DNA of 62,221 nucleotides, the filler included, from Porpidia crustulata (taxonomy: Eukaryota), in the NCBI GenBank assembly GCA_964255105.1. It is 3 parts of 3 records of this genome, joined end to end, with 100 filler letters (N's around TTAATTAATTAA, not from the genome) between each part and the next. Parts side by side here need not be neighbours in the genome. Positions count along the whole stretch, not along the records: positions 21,175 to 41,649 come from CAXUWE010000114.1; positions 41,750 to 62,221 come from CAXUWE010000115.1; 1 more part is not named here. One strand, given 5' to 3'. Numbering within the stretch: position 1 is the first letter of the stretch; every line of letters begins with the position of its first letter. Under the pieces are notes generated by a model that saw only the letters and a list, made by a program, of their open reading frames with translations, was not told the origin of the DNA and made no database searches. A program made the translations under genes and the position numbers. Positions 37,497 to 51,300 of this stretch are shown here, in pieces.

Positions 37497-39519
37497 ATGT
37501 CGACCATGAATCAGTCAACATCCACGCTATTTCATCACAACTCTACAGTCCCTCCATGGCACTGGCAAGATGGACCGAATACTCGCGGAACGTGGGACAT
37601 CATCTCAAGCTGCGTCATCACGCTCTGTCTTTGTTTGTGGACTGCCCTCCATCTCAATATTCCTGAACACCCCGGAACTATCAGCCAAAGATGGCGCAAA
37701 ATCGGGTGGCTGTTCACTGGACTGTTGGCGCCTGAGATGATTGTCTATACAGCACTCGAGCAACGGCGGGCAGCCTTGGCCTTGACCAGAAAAATGCGGG
37801 CTCACTTCGGCGAGGAACAAGCGTCGAATCGGCCCAAGCTGCTGTCTTTGGTTCCGGCCTAAGAAAGACCTTCCATTGTCTAGCGACGTGGCTCCAAGCG
37901 AGCGTGAGTCGAACATCTCCGATCGTCGGCATCGATGGACGCATGTACACAGTTTCTACGCTCTCATGGGTGGATTTGCCTTTGATACTTCTACTGCACC
38001 AGCAAAGTTCCTGCCTAACGAGACTCGTCTCACGATCCGCCTCGAGGGATTGCGCTATATTGCAGAGCATGCGCCTGCGCTTATCCCAAATATATCGGAA
38101 GAATATATTCGGGACAAGTGCGAAGCTGATGGTCTCGCAAAAGTCCTCGTATGTCTACAGGCCATCTGGTTCTGTTTGCAATGCATCGTTCGGGTCGCTC
38201 AAAGCCAGGACATCAGTTTCCTGGAAATCAACACCTCTGCGCACGCAGTATGTGCGCTATTGACATATGCTCTATGGTGGCATAAACCGTTAGACATCGA
38301 ATCCCCGGGTATTCTTACTGGAGAATTGGCTTGGGAAATGTGTGCTCTGATGTACGTCACGAGCAACGGAGAGAACTTCTGGAACTTCCGAATTTCACGC
38401 TATATATTCAGACGTGATTTTAGCCTGTACCTTGAGAATGTAATGGAGACCGAGTTGAGTCGAGGCCAAAAATATGGGGATAGAGTCATTGCTTGATGGA
38501 CTGATCTCTTCAACGGTCGGCATTTAGCGAGGCTTAAAGAGCACCAGTCTCAGCCTCGGGCAATTTTGCGTTGGGATCCCGCTCCAATAGGTGCAGACAG
38601 AAACCCTGGTCTTGCTTTAGAGATATCGAACATCCGAAATCATTTACAAACAGTCGAAGCAGTCCAAGTCCGCAAAGGCGATTCTCTTTTCGGGTTTCGC
38701 TGCATAGATGTTTACACTCAAGCAGACTGGTGTCGCGCCATTCCTGTATACAAAAACTACTTCGTACCTCCGAGTGGAATAAAGGACCATCGCCATCGTC
38801 CCTTGGAGCCTAGAGGGTTCTTTAAGGAAAAAAAATATCAACGCCGAGTCATAGCAAACCAGGCGCAACGCCACGGATCGACTAGTGGAGAGTGTACCTT
38901 TGAGCCTGTGGATCTTAATCGCTGGGCGCTCGTCTCTTGTGCCTGGCAGAGGTATCGACCAACACCCCAACAACATGGTCCCTTTGCTGGGATAACTTCG
39001 GCACCTCGGCTTTACGACGGCATCGGCAGGCGCATTGGAAACTGGCCTAGGACTTCGTTATCTTTTCTCGATGGATCTGTGGCCTTCGACATACGCTTAC
39101 TAACCTTCTCCATCGCCACAGGGCTTTATGTTGGCTTACATCTCTTGGCTTGGGGAGCCCTTTTTGGCTCAGATGCAGAACAATTCCTCTGGCGCGCTTC
39201 CTATTTACTTCTCGTAATGTCCGGGTGCATTGTAATAGTTGGCATACCCTTCGACCTGTCGGTGACTTTACTTGAGTTCATTTCCGGGCTTTATGATGAG
39301 TCATCAAGTATTTTAGCTACCGGACTATATATGCTGTTGGAATTTGGTTGTTTCGCAACAATAGTTGTGCCTTTGGGCGGCACTATATTAACATATGCGG
39401 TGGCGTACATCCCCGCTAGAGCTTTCTTAATCGCCGAAAGTTGTATACAGCTCGCGAGACTTCCACCAGGTGCGTATGTAACGCCGGACTGGTCCAAGTA
39501 CTATCCACACATCAGCTGA
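37497..39519 (+). pseudogene. Disrupted paralog of the 318-1661 multi-TM family
   Basis: Same motifs (RGTWDIISSCVITLCLCLWTALHLNIP, LAPE, WTHVHSFYALMGGF, DGLAK, WWHKPLDI, LHLLAW, LPPGAYVTPDWSKYYPHIS), but with a frameshift near 37835-37860 and an in-frame TGA at 38494-38496. Confidence 0.85.
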
Positions 39520-41649
39520 CGCACCTATCTCTGTGTCTTGCTCTTAGCTCCCAAACAATCTCATAAGCTAGCTGGCCAGGATGCCGAAGCGCGAGCGAGA
39601 TGAGGCAGGAAGTTGCGATCGACGAGCAGCCTACTCGAATCCATTTCCTCTCTTCTATTCATTCTCTCCATCGCTTATCATCTTTTCCTCGAACTCCTCG
39701 GAAGACCCTCCTGTGGCTTACTCTTCAGCGATACGCCAAAGTTGATCCGTTCCAAGACAAGTCTAGCCAAAGTTGGATTTTTAGGATGTGATTTATGAAA
39801 AATCACATTGAGCTTAGAGCGGGAAATCGTCTAAAGGAACATTTGAAGCCAGCCGCGGGAAACATGTTGAGCATAAATAAGCTCATAAGACAATGCGGCT
39901 TACGGCACACTTGCAAGCGAAGTAGATGTGTTGATTACAAAGATACTTCAATCGTGGAGCCCCGATAAAGCAGTGGTCAATATAGCAATCCTCGGTCTAT
40001 AGATATATGGATTCACAGACTGGAGTTGCTCAGCACAGAGCAGTCCATATCAATTGGAGCTTACGGATAATTTCCTTCCGCTATCGAAACGAGTCATCCG
40101 AAAATAGCCGCTCCGAGGCCCACTATCCTACCGTACGCGTGATACTGCCTCTTACATCTGCTTATATGTTTGTTCTGCGCATTCTCGCTTGAATCTACGG
40201 ACGTTGATGCGGCAGAATGAGGAATACTAGCGGAATCTTGGGAATATAACCTGTCGGGGCCGGTGTAAGCACATTAGGGCTTAGCATCGACGTCAATTCG
40301 GCTAAGTCAGACGTCGATCGTATATCAGGTCGAGGTTCTCCTGCTTTCTTGCTTGCGCGTTGCCTAGGCAATGAATCTTGAAGACTTCTCAACGCCAACG
40401 CGGTTGAATATACTCTCATGCCTTCCAAACATGGCTGATGTAAAAATAGAAGAAGACAGTTTTCGAGGATGCTGCCACCTTAAATGCCGTTACGATATCG
40501 TCCAAAGTCACAAAATGACTTTCTGAAAGTCTCTCGGCCGGACCGAAGTGTAACATCACCATACGCTTCTGGATCCATCTAAGCCAGCTTCGGATGCACT
40601 GTATCGCGCGGGCGGAGTGGACGAAATATGATCCGGTCGGCTGATGCGTGCTTGTCTTCTTGTTCATCGAGCATAGGATGTCGATCCTTTGGGAAGTGTG
40701 ACGAATGATCCTTTACTGTCCTGAGCAGCTCAACTATAGTGAGGCGTACCCCGCTCCTTCTGACCAAGTAAACGCTCCAGGGCAAACGTAAGAGCCAAGG
40801 CAAAGGGTTTCTTGCCTGGAGACGGCGGTTCTGCCTAGTCTTTTGGGCGGTTGCAACCAACCCGAACCGTTCAGAATTCACCAGATAGGAGCGCTTGGGT
40901 TCAGGAAGGACAGACTGACCGGCCTTGCTCTCCTCGGGGTGGCTCCCACGGCTTCCTACATGGCAGCTATTGTACCTGGTCAACTACTGCTACGAGATAC
41001 AAACTTTGAGATGTATCAAAGATTTCCAAGATGTTACACTCCGGCGGGTTTCTGAAATCCATTGATTTTATTCCAGACATATGATGTCTCACATACGCCT
41101 TTGGGCATCTCTCAAATTGTTTGAACAGGTCCTCCTTTAAGCATACTACGTAAGATGAGGATATGCAAATGATACTTTTGGGACTCTCATACTAGGTACC
41201 CGAAGGGCTCCAGATTACCCCAAAAATAATTCTGCCTGGCTTGCGATATCCTGCATCGCAGACTATTGCCAGAGTGTCCGGCCGGTCGTGGATTGTAACA
41301 AAACATGAGCTATTTTGACATTGAGTTAGGCCTGCAATCATTTTTTCTGGTATTTTGTCTATGAAGACAGTTCTAGGTTTCACGACATTCCTTTCGATTT
41401 TCAATATCAATGACATCGGATAAACATTTCATCAAATGGTAATCTTCATTTCTCCGTATGTCTTTTGTTCTATCTTCCGTCTCGACAGAAATTCGCCCAT
41501 TTCGTCACTACAGTTCTTGTTTTCAATATCATCGGACAGTATCATTCGTTCCTTCCCTTTCCCCTTCTCTTCATCATTGAACAAATCGACATATCTTCCA
41601 TTTTTTCTGTCTCGTCTATTTCGGACTAACCCTCTTCCCCCTATCTTTG

Positions 41650-41749
41650 NNNNNNNNNNNNNNNNNNNNNNNNNNNNNNNNNNNNNNNNNNNNTTAATTA
41701 ATTAANNNNNNNNNNNNNNNNNNNNNNNNNNNNNNNNNNNNNNNNNNNN
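41650..41749. other. Artificial scaffold gap (N44-TTAATTAATTAA-N44)
   Basis: Identical structure to 21075-21174. Confidence 0.97.
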
Positions 41750-43790
41750 CTCCTGCCTCTGCCCCTGCCCCCCGAGCTCGCGCCGAACGGATTCCCACCT
41801 CCTCGGCCGCCGGTGCTGAACGAGAACCCGCCGCCGCCACCGCCGCCGCTGCCCATCATGTTGAAGAGCATCTCCGGGCTAATGTTCATGCCACCGCCGC
41901 CCATCGGGAAGCCGCCCATGCCACCACTCTGGGCGAACATTTCGCTCGGATCGATGAGGTCCTCGCCGCTGTCGTACCGCGCTCGTTTCTCCGGGTCGCT
42001 CAGCGTTTCGTACGCCTCGCCAATCTCCTTGAAACGGTCCGCGGCGTCCTCGCTGTCCGGGTTTTTGTCCGGGTGATGTACAATCGCTAGTTTGCGGTAT
42101 GCTTTTTTGATGTCGTTCTCCGTTGCGTCCTTTCCGACCCCGAGGATCTTGTAAAAGTCCTTGCGCTTGCTCTTCTTCCGGGCTCGTTGGGATGTGACTC
42201 GGCGATGGCGCGGTATTCTCGCACGGCGTCCTCCCAGGCGCCAGATTCGCCGAGGGCACGGGCTTTGGTTTTGCGAGCCTTGAGATAGGTGGGGTCGAGG
42301 GTTAGTGCACGGGTACAATCGGTGAGGGCGGATTTGTAGTCTTTGATCTAATGGGGTCCATGTTAGTTTCGAGCGGAGGATGCGATGTTCGCGAGGGAGT
42401 ATACCTTGATATAGGCCATAGCTCGATTTTGGAGTATCTTTGAATTGGTACCCTTGTTCAGGGGATCCACCTCAAGAGCCTTGCCGTAGACTTCAACTGC
42501 GTCGCGATACTTGAAAGCTTTGAATGCTGTGTTTCCTTGCTCCTTCATCCTATCAAGTTTTTGAACCATACGCAAGTATTTTACTCCATCCTTTAAATCC
42601 GGGTCAAATTCAAGAGCTCGTCGGAAATGTGTCAAAGCGTTCTCGTTGTCGCCTTGCCCGTATAAAGCTCTACCTCTCAGCACTAAAGCATCAGGATCTT
42701 GTTTGTTTTTGCGTAGTAATGACATTGCTACACTCTGTGCATCGCCTAAAGCATTGACATTGCCCATCTTCAGATATGCTTCCCCACGCATGAGCTGCCA
42801 TTTTCTTGGTTTCTCCACCCCGGATCCCAGCCCACGCTCCGCTTGGTCCAGTGCATGTATGATCATGGATCCCGAAGTGCCTTCTCGCAATGAATCTTCT
42901 GCCTGCTTCACATGCTTTTGCATTGATACTGTTGCGGTCTTTTCCTGGGCCGTAACGGGTTGTATGGGTGATATCCGGTCAAAGGTATTGAGGGCCTCTT
43001 GCGGTCGTCCAAGAGCAGTATATATGCGTGCTAAACGATGAAGGACTTTAGGATTAGACTGTTCTAGTGTATCCGCCTGTTTCGTATCTGCCAGTGCGTC
43101 TTCGTAGCGATTGGCAGACATGAGTGCGGCGGCACGATTAGAGAGATATGTGACCGAATTTGGTTCGACGCTCAGGGCTGAATGTCGCCGTAATTAGCGG
43201 TGTCTATCCGTAGCACTGCTTCGTGATCGGGACCAACCTTTTGTATATTCCTTGATAGCCTTCTTGTAATCTTGAGCCTTGAAATACTTATTCCCCAATG
43301 CCTTACAGGCCTCCGGGTCAAACGCCGGTTTAGGTGGTGGGGAAGACATTGTATTTGCTCCGTGTGGAGGTGGGACAGGACTACCATCGCCGTTCATATG
43401 TACGTCTTGACCATCACCATTTGTTTCTTGGAAATTCCCCCGTGTCACCGGAGGCGGGCTTGATGGGACATTAATCGCTGGTTCTTCCAAATCAATGTCC
43501 ATTGGTGTGGGAGGATCGCTCTGGGGTGACATGGCCGAGCGTCTTCGCTCCCGCTCGTCAGGAGGTAGATTCAGAGGGTGAGTGTCAGAAGAGTAGTTTT
43601 GGCGGGAGGTATTGCGAATGCCGGAATTTTTCCTGCTCGGACGTGATTCGCGGAGGGATTTTGTAGGCGATTTGGAACCCGAACTCTTTGTCGGCGAAGG
43701 CGGAAGTGAGTCGGTGGAAGCGTTATTTGCTTTCGAGCTGCTGGTAGATTTCTTCTTGGGCGAGGATTTGAGAAAGCCTGGAAGAACCAT
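41750..43790 (-). CDS. DNAJC7: TPR + J-domain co-chaperone (DNAJC7/Tpr2-like); apparent deletion/frameshift at ~42178; 3' end in the gap
   Basis: TPR repeats ([50 protein letters not shown]), J domain KDFYKILGV...[14 protein letters not shown], Gly-rich tail. Confidence 0.92.
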
Positions 43791-44514
43791 AGAGAAGATG
43801 ATGGCAGCGGCGCCCGGGTGCAGTAGTACTGATCCGACAAGAGATAGCTGGAGAGTTGGGTTATCCCTGCATTGAAACAACGGTTCTGGCGCACGGTGTT
43901 CACGTCTCCTGTATTCTTCTGAGATATAGAATTCCTCGAGAAATCCTCCTTTCCCCAATACTTCGTCAGCCTTGCAATAACTAATTAGTTTGAAGAATTA
44001 TTTTCCGAGCCTTGGTAGTGGGGGATGTTTGACTGGGGGTTGGTTCTCGAAGCTTCCAAAGAAGTCAACCCTGAGCGGAGCGTCAAATGTCAACAAACAT
44101 CAGCGTCCACCTTACGATACTACGGGCGTGATCACAGACCACAGTGCATGATGTCTCCTGGAATTGATGGCGCTAACGCCAGGTTGCTTGAGGCGGTTTG
44201 GTATTGCGGACTCTGTGTGCGCTACATAAGAACCATGCTGTAATGATTTGTGCTGCAAAAATCTACACCAGCTATTATCTACTTGCAAAGAATCATATAA
44301 AGGGATTTTTTTTCAGTATCTAGCCAATCACGATCCCATGTTTTGTAAACAGCAAGCTTAACTTCAATTGGCTCTACAAGCCGACTATTCAAAGGCTATC
44401 ATCATTCATGTAAATAAGAAAGTGACAGACTATATGCCTCCAAAATTCCCCAAGGGCGAGAATCGTATAATAGGATTTGAGGTGAAATGGGGAGATGCCC
44501 TGGTCTATGATCCC

Positions 44515-46488
44515 TTATGTCGTCGCCGATGACTCAGTCTGAACGCTAGAGAAATCCCCGTCTTGCAACTCCATCTCCTCGTCTAGAGACATAAGAGGTG
44601 AATCAAGGAGATATGGGGAGTCGTCGCGCGACTCGGGCTTGATCTCTGCCGCTTTCGAGATCTTCTTAGTCCTTGCGTGGGTGACTTCTCGTCTTCTCTT
44701 GGGGGTGTCCTTGACTCTCTGATGTGTGTGGCACTAGCGACTCGGTCAGTGTGTATTTGCAGTCGCGTGGGAGAATAAATTACCTTGTATGCGTGCCTAA
44801 ACCAGGTTGTCCCTTTCTTCTTACTACTGATCAAAGCAATCCAGTCTCCGCAGCTGCTGCATAACCCTTCCCAGACATCAGGGTTCCCCTTCATCCGTCT
44901 CGTCTCTGTCGGACCTTCAAAAGCTGTACCTGTGGCGGCACTGATTCCATGCGTAAAGCTTTTATCGTACCAAAATGCCGAATTCTTCAAGACCAACCAC
45001 CGACCAGGCTTGCAGATTCCGCACCATCCCTCGCGTTTGTTCCCGTGACCCCGGACATACTTTGGCGTGTATAGGTCGCCCTCGAAACGAAGTTCTTGCG
45101 CCCGAGGAGCGTCGTGGTCCTTGCACTGCATATCTTCTGATGGTGGAGAAAGCTGATCCCGTGCAAGGGGGCCGAACAAGTCAGGTGGCTCTGAGGAACC
45201 TGCAAAATGATGCTCGCAATGGCTTATGGTTGTACTGCTACTCTGGAGGACATTGACCGTCTCTGGTGAATTGGGTAATGACACGCTTTCAGTCTCGCGG
45301 ATTGGCTGGTCGAACGAAAATGGAAGGAACATGGAACTATCATCAAATTGAGAGGTTGGCATAGGCGTGGTCTGTGATTGGCAGTATATTTCAAAATCGA
45401 CGTTATTGAAACCTTGCATGTTCGCCGATTCCATTGCAGGAGATGCAAGCTGTGAAGCAAAATTGAGCGACTTATGTGCTCTGCGAATATACGAAGCGCC
45501 ACCTCGATTTCGTGGCAAAGCAACCGATCCGGCGGAGACGCTTCTGCCCCGGGCTGTTACTGGATATGGTGATGTCCTATAACGATCTCGTGGTGATGAC
45601 TCCGTAATCGAACGTCCCGGACGTCTGGAAAATCCATCGATGGCAAGTTTGGGTGCGGGGTCTTCAAGTGGCATGAAGGTATCGAGGTTGGTGGAAATGT
45701 TGGCCGACGTCTCCAGGTTAAAACAAGCCAGTTCAGATTCGGGTGACATGTCCGAAAAATCCGGAAAATCCGAAAGAAATCCCCCGCTCGACTCGGAGAC
45801 GGACGACAAAGATTGCCCGTCTGGCGATCCTGGGGTAAAGCTCAAGGGATCGAAATCACTCAGCGATGACGGATACGCAAAGGGGTCGGTATTAGTAATT
45901 TTGAGATTTGTTGAGCCTTGGACAAATTCAGTACCAGTATTCCCAAAGGCTAGGTCGAGGTCGCCAAAGCCTGAGAAGTCCATTGTAGAATTAGCAAAAT
46001 CGAATGCTAAGAATCTGTAAGCGATTGCTAAACGGGTACTGGAGCCACATGGATGGGATACCTTCGTCCCACAAAACACTAGGGTCAACGTCCTCGGGAG
46101 TCAGGCATACAGGCAAGTAAGACGACTGAACTTCAGCTGGCTCCAAGGCAGATGCTGAGCTCAACGAGGGAATACTTTGGTGCTGTGCAAACGTATTTTG
46201 CGAAGTCAAGGCCGGGAGGAAGCTTGTGCGAACGGTTGGCTTTGTCGGCGGTGTAGCTACCCAAGTCTGCTTAGGCGCCGTGGTAGCAGGCACTGTCTGC
46301 GGTTGTTGCGGCATTACGTTGACCGGGAATCTGGAGCGGTTGATATGTTCAGGCACCCGATATTGCCGATATGGGTGCACGCGAATACTGGTGGACAGTT
46401 GCAGACTTATAGTATATGTCAGTCACACAAGCTGAGGCTAGCAGCGGAGGAAACGGAACGCTCACCATCGTGCTGTGTGGGCGTCCAT
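44515..46488 (-). CDS. Putative transcription regulator with a Rua1/Meu26-type C-terminal domain (DUF4451-like)
   Basis: QELRFEGDLYTPKYVRGHGNKREGWCGICKPGRWLVLKNSAFWYDKSFTHGISAATG...WEGLCSSC...WFRHAYK|CH. The spliced last exon ends at TAA 44515; the start exon is tentative. Confidence 0.8.
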
Positions 46489-48345
46489 CTGAAAATAAGG
46501 TCTAGGTCAACTGTCTGCATGAGCGGTCAGTCGGTGACCTCAAGTAAGGGGACTACGCGAGCATTCCACTCACCGACGAAACACTGAGGAATGCGTTGAA
46601 TGAACGAGGCTCAGGTTAGATGTTAAAGCAAACAAATATCAACGAGTGACTATTACTATTAATATGCGTCCAGCGCTATTGAAAGAGCCAGCTCTTGAGA
46701 AGATAGAGTGTAGCGAAGCAAAAGCACAATGCAGAAGACAAACGCATGAAGGAAGTGAGGTTATATCAGCAGATATAGCAAGAGCGTGAAAGCCGGGGTA
46801 CTAGCCCTTGCGTGGTCCTGATACACGCACATGGAGGGCAATGGTGGGTGAGACCGGAGGGAAGGATGGGCAGGATCCGAGTGTACCATTCCCGACAAAT
46901 CCAAATTGTGGAACCGTAGACGCCGTATGCGGCCTCGCGGGGAAGGTCCGCTGTCTTGCAATGGCTGCTTGCTCTCCAGCGCCTTTCTGACACCATGAAG
47001 AAGTTCGACGGCCGCCGCATGAATGAGGGACGGGGGTTCAGAAAATCCGGTTGCTTCAACTAGCAGGACGAGGGGAAGGAATTCATGCATTGGCGATGGG
47101 GTTGTAGATCTGGACGAAGGAGACTGCCCCGGACTGTGGGGTTTGGCAGTGGCTCGTCGCAGAGGTTGTTGCATCCGAAACTCGAGATGGTTCATCATCT
47201 GGCGAGAAGGGAGATTGGAAGATATCGCTCGCTTAGTAAGATTCAAGGAGGGGCACTACCGAATTCCGCATTCGTCCAAGCTGCCTGACATCCACCGTGC
47301 CGCCATCCTGGGGGCGCAAGAGCAGGCGGCTGGATAAGATAAGAACGGAAGTCATCGTCCGGGATTCGATGTCGACACTTAGGAACCTACCTAAAGCGTA
47401 GGATCAACTCCGCGCGTCATGTTGGATCACGGCCAGGGCTCGATGAACTGTTCGCCTGTTCTTGATCAAGAATACCAAAAGTGATGAAGACTGGAAGATG
47501 ACAGTTCACTATTCCATCCGGGTCCTCTGCGCGACTCTGCTCGACTCTACAAACGCCCTGAGCACGAATCTCATCTTTTAGCGCCCGAGGCTGGAGATCG
47601 TCACATAGGTAGATTACTACACCCACATCCTTCAGGGCCTTCCATTGTCCATCAATTATCAATCATCCATACTGCAGACTACTTACTCATTTCCAGATGC
47701 ACAAAAATCAACCGGCATAGAACCTCGTTCGCTACATGGTGCTAGTTCGGCGGAGCGCTTGCCGTGCATTTGTCAGTGGTCTAATCGTCGGCCCCTGTAG
47801 GTTGTAGTCCTGTCGACCACTCCTTAGATGGAGCCGCCCGTCTGGTACCTGCATCAGAAGTAGGTAATCTAGCACACCCTCACCCCTGCTGAGACACCGC
47901 CTCCCACGATTGTAATCACTGTCATGTGGCTAGGAAAATGTAAGTTGCTCATTGTCCATAATCCAGCTTACACTACCAATCACCATCAATGTCCACGAAC
48001 CTCCATCGAGCAACGCCCCCACCAAGGGTGATCCTTACGCTGTCCAGTTCCTCTTCCCATGCCTGACACGTTGACCTTCAACTGCAATTGATCACGGCCT
48101 CCAATCTCTTGGCGCTGGCCATTGTGGCCTCATTGCTCAGGTGGTCAGAAGGCCAGATTCAGTGGTGCCGCTTCGCTTGATATGAAACCGTGCCGGGTAT
48201 CTCTAAATGCCAAGCGTAAGCTTCTCATAGAAATCATCGGTGGTGCAAAAGCATGGAGCGCCCGATCGGTTTGAAGCTACTCGAAATTCTGGCCATGAGA
48301 CCGCAGGACTGTCGATCGCTTTATTGTCAATTGTACTGATCTCGA

Positions 48346-51300
48346 TCATGAAGTTGTGTTCGCTCCAGACGGCCTGCCAAACAGTCTGTCCTGTTCCCCA
48401 GAACAACTCTGACAATAGTCTTCGAGCCGGAGACGCATCTCTTGAAAGCGGTCATGCTGCTCGCCATCGCTTTCATTCCAGTCCGTTGAAGGCTCAGCCT
48501 GAGCTTTCCCCATTATAGACACAGTTGCTTTACATCTTGTCACTTCAATGGAGACCCAGCTCTCCCACTCAGCTTGCACAATCTCGTGCTCAATTTTGTT
48601 GATTATCCGCATTGCAATAACGAGATCATGCCTGTAAGATCCTAGGCGCTGCCGGGTTCGTCGCAAACGATGAGCGGCTGCTTTAGCGGAGAACATGGTT
48701 GGCAAAGCTCCAGTCAACTGGTACGGTAACTCAGTATCTACTTCCCTTGCATCATCCAGAAATGTTTCACGGCTGTCACTGAGTTATTAGCCTGCTTCGG
48801 ACCTATGTCTTTCGGCGGTCTTGACGCACCATTGATTTCCAGACATGTCAAAGGCTAGAGCATCGCCATTGACAACATCATCCAGATCGTGCATGTATAC
48901 GGCTTTGCTCAGGATGAGATTGGGCCCAATACCTAATCGAGCCATGTACTCTCCCGCCTTTCGCTCACTCCACCAAGTCGACGTATTTACGGAAGTAAAT
49001 ATGAGATTAGTTGAGATGCTAATGGCAAGGATCCCGATTAGTACAGTATGAGCGTTGAATACTTTCCAAACCCATTGAACGATTGTGGTGAGCCATTGCA
49101 CCAGGTTTATAAGAATGCTCTCAAGCAGCGAACCAAATGACTCCAACCACAAACCGATCATGCTACGACGTTTCAGAGAGCGCCGAATCTTTGAGGCAAA
49201 AGGCGATTCGTTGCCAGCAAACTCAGAAGCCTGAGTCTGTTGCCCAACATGGCCGAATATTTGGATAGATTTCTTAGTACGGCTCTGAGCGCCAAGCTTC
49301 CTTACCTGATCACTGATAAGATCTGCGAGATCCAGTGAATCTAGCTCCAGATCACTTGACGCTCGACTTTCAATTATGGCTTAAATTAATCAGCATGTTT
49401 TAAATTTCAAAAAAAAAATCTTCTGATTGGAGGTGCAGACCTTTTCCAAATCCTGGCGACTTAAGCCAATCCACTTTGATGTAAATGGCCAACCTACATC
49501 TCGATTTCGTAACATGAGTGATAACTATCTTACTGAGTAGAGTGAAGTCTTGTCGATATGGCAGGTGCCAAGGAGTCTTTCTGTCCGTTACAACGTAACA
49601 CAAATGGTCATTGAGTACGTCGATCATCTGATAGTCAACTATCGAAGCTTTGCGGACTTGACCTATACCAGATGTCAACTTTGGGAAGGAGGTTATGACA
49701 GTGTTGAACACTCACGTAACAAATTTAAATACTCAATATCGTATCTGAATTCTCTGTGTAAGTGGGTTTGTTCTAGTTGTGCCCAGGATCCCTGTTTGAT
49801 GTCTAGTACACTGTCAATGATGAAGCACCGTAGCAAAAAGTCTTAGTTACCTACGCTGAGCCCGCTGTTCATGATAAAGCAGCTGCCAGACAGCACTTCG
49901 ATCGCCGAACATAACGTGGAACAAGGCTTTTGGACTAACATCAAAAATCTTGTCCACAACCGCTTGGGTCATTCCTGAGGGCTTATAAACAACCGGTTGT
50001 TTTGGTAATTTGAATTTGATAATGTCCCTTCCTTCTTCAAATTTGTCAGCGAGTACAGAGAGCCCCTGGTCGACGTGTACGGCGGCTTTGAGATCTCTAT
50101 GGTACCGTTGGGAAGTACTTCGCTTTAGTAAAGTTGCCTCGTCACGTTTTATACTCGTCGGAAGATCTTCCCAGCTTTCTACGCCTGGGCTACTTTTCAA
50201 GCATTCCTGTTCAAGATCAATAAGACTCTTCATGATAATTTCCAAATCAGGTCTTTCCGGTGAGTCATTGTACCGGACGAGAAGGTCCAAACGCCGCTGA
50301 AGCAATGTCAATGGCTCCAGGAACGTTTTGATAGTGATACGGGTGAAACCATTTGTACTATCCGTGTCCTTGAGATGTAGGAAGATAAAGTCACAGTCTT
50401 TTCCAGGAGCTGCGGTGATTTCTGATATAGATGCCAAAGTGACCCCCGAGATCAATACCAAGCCAAGATGGTTGCTATAGAGATATATGTTCCTGGTAGT
50501 GGCGTAGACTCGACCAGGAAATTCTTGCTGATTGTTCAGGTTCCATGTGGCCCTGAACACAAGAAGTAATGCCTCTTGTCGACGCACATTAGGAAACAGA
50601 AGTCTGAATTGCGCATCTTGAGTTTTGAGTTGTAGGGGATAGGATTTGGGATACTGCTGAAAAGCTTCATTGGATCCTTGTGCACCAGCTGCATTTTCTT
50701 CCAGGCTTACCGATTTTTGATGTGCGGGGGAGCTTACGGGTCCCGTTGCAGGAGATCCGGCCATTGGAGTTGACGGGTTCGACGTTTTGGACCGCTCGTC
50801 CTGTGGGGACTTGAGCTCCCCTCGTTCGAGCCTGTTCAGATAACCCCAATTTGAAGTTCCCCAAACATTTGCCATAATACCACTTGGCATACCTCCAGTT
50901 GCGTCAATGCGGCCCATGCCAATACCCCTCTCACCATTCACAGCAACAGCTGTTGCGCTCAGATTAGTAGGTGCAGGCGGGTTCACCAGCGTATTAGGAG
51001 CTAAGGTACTTGCTGGTAGACTGCGCATTACACTTGTAGCAAAGGCTCGATTTGTTGCGCCATCTGATGGTGGAGGCTGTGCCAGAAGTCCAGGTCCGAC
51101 GGGCATCACGTTGTGACTAGCAGCTATAAGGCTTGCTATCCCACCACCAGTCAGTCCCAGGCTTGGAGATAAAGGACCACCTGGTGGTTTTCGATGCAAA
51201 TCAAGCTTTTGCTTCAACCTTATGGTAGGATCTCGACTGCTTTCGCCGTCTCTGTCCCCTGCTGTAGCGCGACGGCTGACGTTGACGTCAAAGCTACTTC

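Noticed and set aside
40416..40667. TLDDIVTAFKVAASSKTVFFYFYISH as a caspase-like fragment
   Set aside because: Lacks the SGHG motif and any catalytic Cys region; the similarity is too weak.
28500..41649. Starship-type giant element
   Set aside because: No DUF3435 tyrosine-recombinase captain or terminal repeats could be recognised.
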